DNA of 19,164 nucleotides, taken from positions 1 through 19,164 of IMG/VR virus record IMGVR_UViG_3300031269_000117, one strand, 5' to 3'. This DNA is from a virus. Numbering within the stretch: position 1 is the first letter of the stretch; each line of letters opens with the position of its first letter. Positions 9,102-14,672 of this stretch are shown piece by piece. Below the pieces are notes generated by a model, which worked only from the letters and a program-made list of their open reading frames with translations, searched no databases and was not told where the DNA came from. The translations under genes were made by a program, and so were the position numbers.

Positions 9102-9662
9102 TTGAGTAATAAAAAAATTACAGACCTTCAATTAATATCAACCTTAGATGATGATGTAAACCTAGTCGGTGATGATACTATTCAAACATATAGGTTTACT
9201 TTAGCTCAGCTTAAATCTTTTATAAACCAAGAGATACAAAGCAATGACTGGGTTACTACAATTAGAATATTAAATGGAGCAGTTACCGGGCCTAAACTTG
9301 GCATAGGTGCCGGCAATATAACTGAAAGCGGTTCGGATACCAACGGTAGATATATAAAGTTTGAGGATGGAACAATGCTACAATGGGGGGAAGTTGAAAC
9401 AACTCAAGGCGTAAACATATCTAGAGGTTCTCTTTTTATCAGATATGGAAGCACGATTACTTTTCCAGAAGAGTTTAACTCAGTTCCAGAAGTTTTTGTA
9501 AACTATAAAAGTAATTCAGGGTCTATAGACGACAGAGAGTTTTGGGCAACAGGTGCAACACCTACGACAACAACATGTCCAACATGCCTATGGTCTCCGA
9601 CATCAGTAGGTTCGGCTACGCATGTAATTTCATGGAATGCAATAGGAAGGTGGAAAACTTAA
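9102..9662 (+). CDS. Tail fibre / receptor-binding protein, paralogue 2 (186 aa).
   Basis: aggag RBS with a TTG start. The N-terminal ~45 aa is homologous to the preceding ORF, including an identical 20-nt stretch (ggtgatgatactattcaaac). The C-terminal domain is unrelated. Confidence 0.6.
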   Translation: MSNKKITDLQLISTLDDDVNLVGDDTIQTYRFTLAQLKSFINQEIQSNDWVTTIRILNGAVTGPKLGIGAGNITESGSDTNGRYIKFEDGTMLQWGEVETTQGVNISRGSLFIRYGSTITFPEEFNSVPEVFVNYKSNSGSIDDREFWATGATPTTTTCPTCLWSPTSVGSATHVISWNAIGRWKT

Positions 9663-10109
9663 GTGTCTGAAGAAAGAAAAAACTGGGATGTTAAAAATTT
9701 AGGAGCGGGCGCTTCCATAGGTGGTGGTTTAGCTACGATCATAATTAGTTTAGTGATGAATTCAATGAACATGAACAACAAAGCTATGCAAACAGAGATG
9801 AACGCTAACAACAAAACTATGCGAGCAGAGGGAAAACTTGCAATCGAGCAAATTAAAAACCTCACTGATATGTTAATTCGTAGTGAAAAAAGAAGAGAGA
9901 AAGAACAATCAAGTGCTGAAAAAAAGTTTGAAGCTTTTCAAACCAAACAGGATAAAATCTTTGAGCTAATCACAAAAAGTACCAGAGAGATTTTCACTAG
10001 GGATGATCAAAACAGACATGTTGATTTTATCAATGAAAGATTTAAAAAAATTGATTTACAAATAATTGATTTAAAAACTGATTTAATAAGGCTTAAAAAA
10101 GCACAATAA
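9663..10109 (+). CDS. Single-pass membrane protein with a long coiled-coil ectodomain; candidate holin or i-spanin.
   Basis: GTG start after a ggaaggtgga RBS. One TMD (GAGASIGGGLATIIISLVMNSM) is followed by about 110 aa of charged heptad-like sequence. It opens the lysis block. Confidence 0.45.
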   Translation: MSEERKNWDVKNLGAGASIGGGLATIIISLVMNSMNMNNKAMQTEMNANNKTMRAEGKLAIEQIKNLTDMLIRSEKRREKEQSSAEKKFEAFQTKQDKIFELITKSTREIFTRDDQNRHVDFINERFKKIDLQIIDLKTDLIRLKKAQ

Positions 10110-10126
10110 CCAAAAAGGGGTATTAA

Positions 10127-10360
10127 ATGGAATTAAAAGAAGCATATAATGTAAAGCTACTAACTGATAAGTTAAAAGTTAGAGGTTTAGATTTAACTGA
10201 GGAAGCGGCTATAATTGCGCTAGATGAAGTTTTGGATTGGGTTAGTGAAAGTGCTACTAAATCCACAACCCCTTACGACAATTTAGTTGCAACAATCTTT
10301 CCACTTCTAAAAACAGAAGTGCTAAAACAGATTGATAAAATAGATGGCGAAGTTGGCTAA
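10127..10360 (+). CDS. Hypothetical protein (77 aa, acidic, no TMD).
   Basis: aagggg RBS with a clean ATG. Confidence 0.4.
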   Translation: MELKEAYNVKLLTDKLKVRGLDLTEEAAIIALDEVLDWVSESATKSTTPYDNLVATIFPLLKTEVLKQIDKIDGEVG

Positions 10361-10591
10361 GTGAATTTTCTAACTAGTCTTTTATCCTCAATTTTAAGAC
10401 CTATTATTCAACAAGAATTTAATGAGTTAAAAAAATGGTTAAAAGAAAGTTATTTAGAAAACGAGAAATTTAAAGAATTTGACTCCATTGCTATGGAAAA
10501 CATTTCGGCAATGGAGTCTGCAACTACACCGGAGGAGGTTAAGGCTCATGCGAGACGTATTTATCAAGAGCGCGCTAGGCTTAATCTTTAG
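10361..10591 (+). CDS. Hypothetical protein (76 aa) with a weakly hydrophobic N-terminus; possible partner of the overlapping lipoprotein.
   Basis: The GTG start abuts the upstream stop. Its 3' 44 nt overlap the lipoprotein ORF in another frame, as in overlapped spanin pairs. Confidence 0.35.
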   Translation: MNFLTSLLSSILRPIIQQEFNELKKWLKESYLENEKFKEFDSIAMENISAMESATTPEEVKAHARRIYQERARLNL

Positions 10592-10844
10592 CGGATGTAC
10601 AATCCTTCCTAAAGCACCAGAAATTAGAATAGGGGTTTATGATAACTACTCTAAAAACGAAAAACTAGACCATGCAAAATCTCCAGTGTTTCACATGATT
10701 GGTGCAAATGGTACTGAATTTGAAATACCTTGGAATTCAGAGTCGGCAAAAAATATGGTCTGCACTCCTAATAAAGATTATGAAAATCTAAACGCGTACT
10801 TAAGAAAAGTTTTTTATATACTAGAAAAAGAAATGAGAAAATAA
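10548..10844 (+). CDS. Predicted lipoprotein (98 aa); candidate o-spanin or superinfection-exclusion lipoprotein.
   Basis: The ATG at 10548 is preceded by a ggaggagg RBS. The signal peptide MRDVFIKSALGLIFSG|C has a lipobox-like FSGC. The ORF track extends the frame up to 10479. Confidence 0.55.
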   Translation: MRDVFIKSALGLIFSGCTILPKAPEIRIGVYDNYSKNEKLDHAKSPVFHMIGANGTEFEIPWNSESAKNMVCTPNKDYENLNAYLRKVFYILEKEMRK

Positions 10845-11522
10845 ATGAAACAAATAATTGAAATCTTATTAAAAATATTAGACGCTTTGTTAAAACCTAT
10901 TGAGGTTGTTAAAGACGCAGTAACAACTAAAACATATAGAAACAAAGCTATACTTATAAACGCAGCTAAAGAGCTAGGTGTTTTAGAGTGGGGAAATGGG
11001 TCTAATCCAAAAGTTGAAAAATACCTTGACCATGGGGCAAGAGGGGATAACAAAAACTCAGGCTTAAAAGACAACACCCCTTGGTGTGCTGGCCTTGTTG
11101 CTTACGTCTTAGAGACTGCCCCTGGAATCATTGGAACTAATCCTTTAGAAAACATTGGTTCTACTAATAGTTTAATGGCTAGATCTTACGAGAAGTGGGG
11201 AAAAAAAGTAACTAACCCACTTCCTGGGGACATAGTTACAAGGTATAGATCTGGAATAAACTCAGGCTTTGGTCATGTAGGGTTTTTCCTAGGCTGGACA
11301 AGTCCTTCAAAAAGCAGTTACTACTGTTTAGGTGGCAACCAAAATGACTCGGTAAATATATCTACATATAAAATGAACAAGGGTTCAAATTCAGGTCACT
11401 CTATGTTTAGAAGATCTAGTAAGCACGTTCCCATAACTTTAGATATGGAAAATGAGCTTTGGGATTTAGCTAATAGAATAATAAACGGTGAAGACGTAAG
11501 CGAAAACGCTACTGTTGTTTAA
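10845..11522 (+). CDS. Peptidoglycan hydrolase (endolysin), TIGR02594 / CHAP-NlpC-P60-like family.
   Basis: Motifs recognised by eye: ELGVLEW..GSNPKVEKYL...DNTPWCAGLVAYVL...ARSYEKWG...PLPGDIV...GHVGFFLG...LGGNQNDSVNI. These are the characteristic TIGR02594 pattern with catalytic Cys and His. Confidence 0.8.
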   Translation: MKQIIEILLKILDALLKPIEVVKDAVTTKTYRNKAILINAAKELGVLEWGNGSNPKVEKYLDHGARGDNKNSGLKDNTPWCAGLVAYVLETAPGIIGTNPLENIGSTNSLMARSYEKWGKKVTNPLPGDIVTRYRSGINSGFGHVGFFLGWTSPSKSSYYCLGGNQNDSVNISTYKMNKGSNSGHSMFRRSSKHVPITLDMENELWDLANRIINGEDVSENATVV

Positions 11523-11626
11523 CTAAGGGTATGTATGTCTTACACAAAAATGATATATTTGGATGAGGTATTCTTCGGACTGGAGTTTTATTCAGGTCTA
11601 GCAAAGTGTGTAGTCTAGTTATGCTT

Positions 11627-11659
11627 AAAAAAAAGGCCCCTAAATTTAATTAAGGGCCT
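11627..11659 (-). terminator. Intrinsic terminator for the minus-strand gene.
   Basis: A8 (11627-11634) is followed by a hairpin with arms aggccc and gggcct. On the minus strand this reads as a hairpin followed by T8. Confidence 0.6.
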
Positions 11660-11662
11660 AGA

Positions 11663-11692
11663 TTGATCTTAAAGTGCAACCAAGAAGATCAA
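11663..11692 (+). terminator. Possible terminator hairpin for the late (+) operon.
   Basis: 8-bp stem (ttgatctt / aagatcaa) with a 14-nt loop, followed by T-rich sequence but no clean T-run. Confidence 0.3.
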
Positions 11693-11728
11693 AACTTATT
11701 TAATTTTATTATATAATTTTTAAGAAAA

Positions 11729-11953
11729 TTAATCCTCTTCATCTGCTGGGTAGAAATGGCCCAGATCGAAAGAAAAAAATATAGGTGTTTGATTTATTTT
11801 AAGTTCAATGCTGTTTTCAATAGTTTGACCTTCACCAATAGCTCTTTCCACCTCTTCTCCCCAGGCATAAAGGGTGCCAGGGTAAAATTTACTTCCAAGC
11901 TTTTTTTCAAGCTGTGTTTTTAAAGTTTTATAACCTTTTTTGTTTAACTGCAT
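11729..11953 (-). CDS. Hypothetical protein (74 aa); the only minus-strand gene and a possible regulator.
   Basis: Strong RBS on the minus strand (ctaaggagaaaaaATG). It has its own terminator and is divergent from the early + operon. No HTH was recognised. Confidence 0.6.
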   Translation of the reverse strand: MQLNKKGYKTLKTQLEKKLGSKFYPGTLYAWGEEVERAIGEGQTIENSIELKINQTPIFFSFDLGHFYPADEED

Positions 11954-12118
11954 TTTTTCTCCTTAGTTACACATATACAGTAGCACATTTTTTAAGCAAA
12001 AACAATAGCCTAGTATCAATACAATACACTATTGAAAACATCTTATATCGATACAAAAAGTAAGAAATCTTACAATAGTACTTGATCAGGTACAGCCAAG
12101 TGAGTCTACAAAATAAGC

Positions 12119-12314
12119 ATCCTAATTGAGATCTAATCCTAATTAAAAATATCTGAGTATTTATTGGTGTGCTCAGAAAAATCAGATTGACTGCTAATCC
12201 TTAAGCACCCCTAATACTAACTTAAGCCCTCAAGTCTGGGTTTTTAACTACAGATTCCTTGCCTTTGGAACTGCCGCGCTAACGCTTGGACTGCTCATCA
12301 GCAAGCTGATCGAG
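12119..12314. promoter_or_regulatory. Cluster of short direct repeats and a palindrome in the divergent intergenic region; candidate operators, iterons or origin.
   Basis: ATCCTAATT occurs at 12119 and 12136, and CTTAAGC at 12200 and 12221. The motif TTG(G)A(A)CTGC occurs at 12187, 12265 and 12286. A palindrome ATCAGCaaGCTGAT lies at 12297-12310 and is extendable to 12294-12314. The 12240-12320 stretch is a GC-rich island in AT-rich surroundings. Confidence 0.4.
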
Positions 12315-12472
12315 CCTGTAAAATTTAGGCTATTAAAACTTTTAACTTCATTTAATTAAAGTGTTTAACTTATAAACAATGTCTAAAAGTTATACGATAT
12401 TTTAAACTCACATTGTCCTCAATACCAATACAGATGGCACCGATTGTGCATACTTATTTTTGAGGTGCAGAT

Positions 12473-12679
12473 ATGACAAAAAATAAAATAATTAAAAGAC
12501 GTTCAAACAATCAATCAAAGTATATAATAAGATGTAATGATGGTAGAACTTTGAAATCTAGATCAGATTCAGACCTTAAAAAAGACATTGGTTCTCTTGA
12601 TGTAGGCTTTACTGTTTTAAAAAATGTAGAGGGTACTACTTTATATGTTTCTGAATTTAAAGACTTGGTGCTTAAATAA
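12473..12679 (+). CDS. Hypothetical basic protein (68 aa); first gene of the rightward early operon.
   Basis: gaggtg RBS 6 nt upstream of the ATG. Confidence 0.5.
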   Translation: MTKNKIIKRRSNNQSKYIIRCNDGRTLKSRSDSDLKKDIGSLDVGFTVLKNVEGTTLYVSEFKDLVLK

Positions 12680-12761
12680 TATTTCAAATTGTAGGTAGTT
12701 TAGAAAAAATATAAATAATGATTGCAATCTTTTTAGTTCTAATCCAACTTGATTGCAGCTC

Positions 12762-12821
12762 CTTTGGGGGAGTTTGTTCTAAGACTTCTTGTTTTAAAAT
12801 GATAATTGTTCTCCCCCAAGG
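12762..12821. repeat. Long-range inverted repeat (stem-loop) upstream of the ERF gene.
   Basis: ttgggggag (12764-12772) and ctcccccaa (12811-12819) are perfect complements, extendable by a G-T and a G-C pair, with a 38-nt loop. Confidence 0.6.
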
Positions 12822-12897
12822 TGGCGACCTTAAAGAGTTTGACATCGTATTATAAATTCAATACATATCAAACAGGTCGTCATTCAAAGGAGAAAGC

Positions 12898-13644
12898 ATG
12901 GAATCATCAGCTTCAATTCAAGAAATTTATAAGTCATTAATCAAAGCACAAGGGGATTTCTCAGCAATTCCATTTGATGCTAAGAATCCTCACTTCGGAA
13001 ACAAGTATGTAAGTCTCACAGGGACTCAAGAACATGTCAGACCTATACTTTCTAAGCATGGCTTAGGTCTAATTCAATCGGTTGAAAGTCTAGATTCTAG
13101 ATACTATGTCCTGTCTAGATTGATACATGAGTCTGGCGAGTGGATTCAATCCTCTATAGAGTTGATGGTAGATAAGAAAAATATGCAAGGGCTTGGATCA
13201 GCCACAACCTACGCGAAGAGATATGCGGCACAAGCAATACTAGGTCTATCGGGTGATGAGGATGATGATGGCAATGCATCATCTAAGGACTACAGTCACA
13301 AAGCCCCTCCACAAACTCCGGCTTATAAACCTTTTGTCGGTAACTCTAATGACTTCAAACTTCCATTTGGTACAGCCAAAGGATCTAGTATTATAGACAT
13401 GGACATTAAAACTTTGTTTAAAATAAAATCTTGGATTAATGGTGAGGTTCAAAAAAATCCAAAAGCAAAAGCTAACCTTATGTACATCGACACCTTAGAT
13501 CATGTTGAAAACATAATTCATTTAAAAACTCCCTCAAATAACGATGATCAATTTTCTGAATTTACGCCACCCCCAGAAGAAGAAAATCAAGAGACTGTTC
13601 AAGATCAAATAAATAGATTGCAAGGTCAGTATGGGAAAAAGTGA
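12898..13644 (+). CDS. erf: ERF-family single-strand annealing recombinase with a C-terminal extension.
   Basis: aaggag RBS. The motifs match the P22 Erf family: KAQGDF..I..DAKNPHFGNKYVSL...VRPILSKHGLGLIQ...HESGEW...GSATTYAKRYAAQAILGLSGDEDDDGN. The C-terminal segment KLPFGTAKGSSIIDM...KSWI resembles the PFGKYKG...L.WL (DUF3820-like) module. Confidence 0.8.
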   Translation: MESSASIQEIYKSLIKAQGDFSAIPFDAKNPHFGNKYVSLTGTQEHVRPILSKHGLGLIQSVESLDSRYYVLSRLIHESGEWIQSSIELMVDKKNMQGLGSATTYAKRYAAQAILGLSGDEDDDGNASSKDYSHKAPPQTPAYKPFVGNSNDFKLPFGTAKGSSIIDMDIKTLFKIKSWINGEVQKNPKAKANLMYIDTLDHVENIIHLKTPSNNDDQFSEFTPPPEEENQETVQDQINRLQGQYGKK

Positions 13645-13677
13645 TAAAACAAAGCACAGTGTTGGGGGGGGATGATC

Positions 13678-13803
13678 ATGGATGTTTTTATAAGCTACCT
13701 AGTTTTTATATTAGAGATCTTATTTACAATGTCGGTGTTTTTATTTATGGGGACTGCCATTTACTATATGGATAAGTTTTCACATCAGGAGAAAAAAAAA
13801 TGA
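13678..13803 (+). CDS. Small hydrophobic membrane protein of 41 aa (MDVFISYLVFILEILFTMSVFLFMGTAIYYMDKFSHQEKKK).
   Basis: Below the track cutoff. A G8 SD-like tract (13664-13671) lies upstream. Its stop overlaps the next ATG (ATGA). An alternative in-frame ATG is at 13672. Confidence 0.5.
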   Translation: MDVFISYLVFILEILFTMSVFLFMGTAIYYMDKFSHQEKKK

Positions 13804-14066
13804 AAGTACTAGTTGAGGAAAACAGTAAAGAAGGTTTAGAGGGTTTACTCGGAAAAAGAGTTTTATTAGTGAGCGCTGGTTATTTCTACGAGGGAAAACT
13901 TGTAGGTGTTAACTCAACTTGTGTAAAGCTTGAAGATCCTAGTATCGTTTATGATACCGGTGATTGGGAGAGTAAAACCTACTCAGACATTCAAAAACTA
14001 AACACTGATGTTTGGTATGTTAACACTGGTTTAATTGAGTCATTCGGGCTTAGTAAAAATGATTAA
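13800..14066 (+). CDS. Hypothetical protein (88 aa) with Sm/LSm-like motifs.
   Basis: LLGKRVLLVSAGYFYEGKLVGVNSTCVKLED resembles the Sm1 motif (hGKxVxVxLxxGxxxxGxLxxxDxxxNLxLxD). VWYVNTGLIESF resembles Sm2 (hhIRGxxIxxh). This was recognised by eye only. Confidence 0.35.
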   Translation: MKVLVEENSKEGLEGLLGKRVLLVSAGYFYEGKLVGVNSTCVKLEDPSIVYDTGDWESKTYSDIQKLNTDVWYVNTGLIESFGLSKND

Positions 14067-14098
14067 TATTAAGAGTGAAAGGTTAAGATCTACTAGAC

Positions 14099-14282
14099 GG
14101 TCATGGTCAGGGTCAATGCCAAGGTCATGGTCATGGTCAGGGTTATGGTCATGGTCATGGTCAGGGTCAATGCCAAGGTTATGGTCAGGGTCAGGGTCAA
14201 TGCCAAGGTTAAGGTCAGGGTCATGGCCAAGGTCAAACTCAAGGTCCGGGTCAATGCCAAGGTCAAGGTCAATGTCAGGGTA
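14099..14282. repeat. Imperfect tandem hexanucleotide array, about 30 in-phase units, consensus GGTCA(R/T), with a higher-order 18-mer.
   Basis: The units were parsed one by one from 14099 (ggtcat ggtcag ggtcaa tgccaa ...) to 14278 with no phase break. The 18-mer ggtcag-ggtcaa-tgccaa starts at 14105, 14159 and 14189, with a ggtccg variant at 14243, giving spacings of 54, 30 and 54 bp. Confidence 0.95.
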
Positions 14283-14308
14283 GAATGATTTAAATTTTAG
14301 TTTAAAAA

Positions 14309-14521
14309 ATGGGGGTTTTTTTGACTTTAAAAGAGTATATGACAGTTGCTGTTTGGATAAAGCTTATAGATAAAAAATACAGCTCAAGTGATACTTATTT
14401 TCATAGAGCTTATAAATTTGTAAATGAAAATAAAGATAAAGATATTTTAAGTCTTTCTTTAAAGCAGCATGATTGGGTTGATCAAATAATTTACAAAATT
14501 GAAGGATTAGAAAATGAATAA
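14309..14521 (+). CDS. Hypothetical protein (70 aa).
   Basis: The ORF fills the interval and its stop overlaps the next small ORF. There is no clear RBS, and an in-frame ATG at 14339 is an alternative start. Confidence 0.4.
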   Translation: MGVFLTLKEYMTVAVWIKLIDKKYSSSDTYFHRAYKFVNENKDKDILSLSLKQHDWVDQIIYKIEGLENE

Positions 14522-14672
14522 TAATTTACTTTATAAAATAACAGTTGATTCAAAAGATTACTATGTAATAGCTTTTACAGCTGAGCTTGCAGTTGACATG
14601 CTTATTGTTTCAAAAAAAATACCAACAAGCCAAAGGTTTATTGTTACTTGTCTTGGAGGGTTCATTAAATGA
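14514..14672 (+). CDS. Hypothetical protein of 52 aa (MNNNLLYKITVDSKDYYVIAFTAELAVDMLIVSKKIPTSQRFIVTCLGGFIK).
   Basis: Below the track cutoff. It overlaps the upstream stop and ends in an ATGA overlap with the ASCH gene, so it bridges an otherwise empty 147-nt gap. Confidence 0.45.
   Translation: MNNNLLYKITVDSKDYYVIAFTAELAVDMLIVSKKIPTSQRFIVTCLGGFIK

Noticed and set aside
9659-9865. The 68-aa hydrophobic minus-strand ORF.
   Set aside because: It is antisense to the membrane-protein gene. The hydrophobicity is a mirror effect of the sense-strand sequence, and no RBS is present.
10814-11077. The 87-aa minus-strand ORF across the lipoprotein/endolysin junction.
   Set aside because: It is antisense to two supported + genes, one of which is a motif-confirmed TIGR02594 hydrolase.
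11523-11728. A possible tRNA or small RNA in the 206-nt gap after the endolysin gene.
   Set aside because: I could find no cloverleaf, no T-loop (GTTCRANYC-like) and no acceptor pairing. The two hairpins are adequately explained as terminators for the convergent transcripts.
12718-12855. The 45-aa ORF (MIAIFLVLIQLDCSSFGG...) in the gap upstream of erf.
   Set aside because: It has no SD-like sequence. Asp at the -1 position rules out the apparent lipobox. The interval is better explained by the inverted repeat. I left it uncalled, but conservation is worth checking.
12839-12867. A sigma-70 promoter upstream of erf, with TTGACA at 12839-12844.
   Set aside because: With 16-18 nt spacers the best -10 candidates (tacata, acatat) are poor, so I did not report it as a feature.
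14099-14282. A possible CRISPR array.
   Set aside because: The units are 6 nt, contiguous and have no spacers. CRISPR repeats are about 24-48 nt and are separated by unique spacers. No cas genes are present.
14035-14288. The two track ORFs over the hexamer array: the 82-aa SWSGSMPR... ORF and the 61-aa MVRVNAKV... ORF.
   Set aside because: I did not accept either as a gene. Five of six frames are open here simply because the repeat unit lacks stop triplets. Neither ORF has a convincing RBS, and both use codons that are rare elsewhere in the genome (agg, ggg, gtc). The region is kept as a repeat of unresolved nature.
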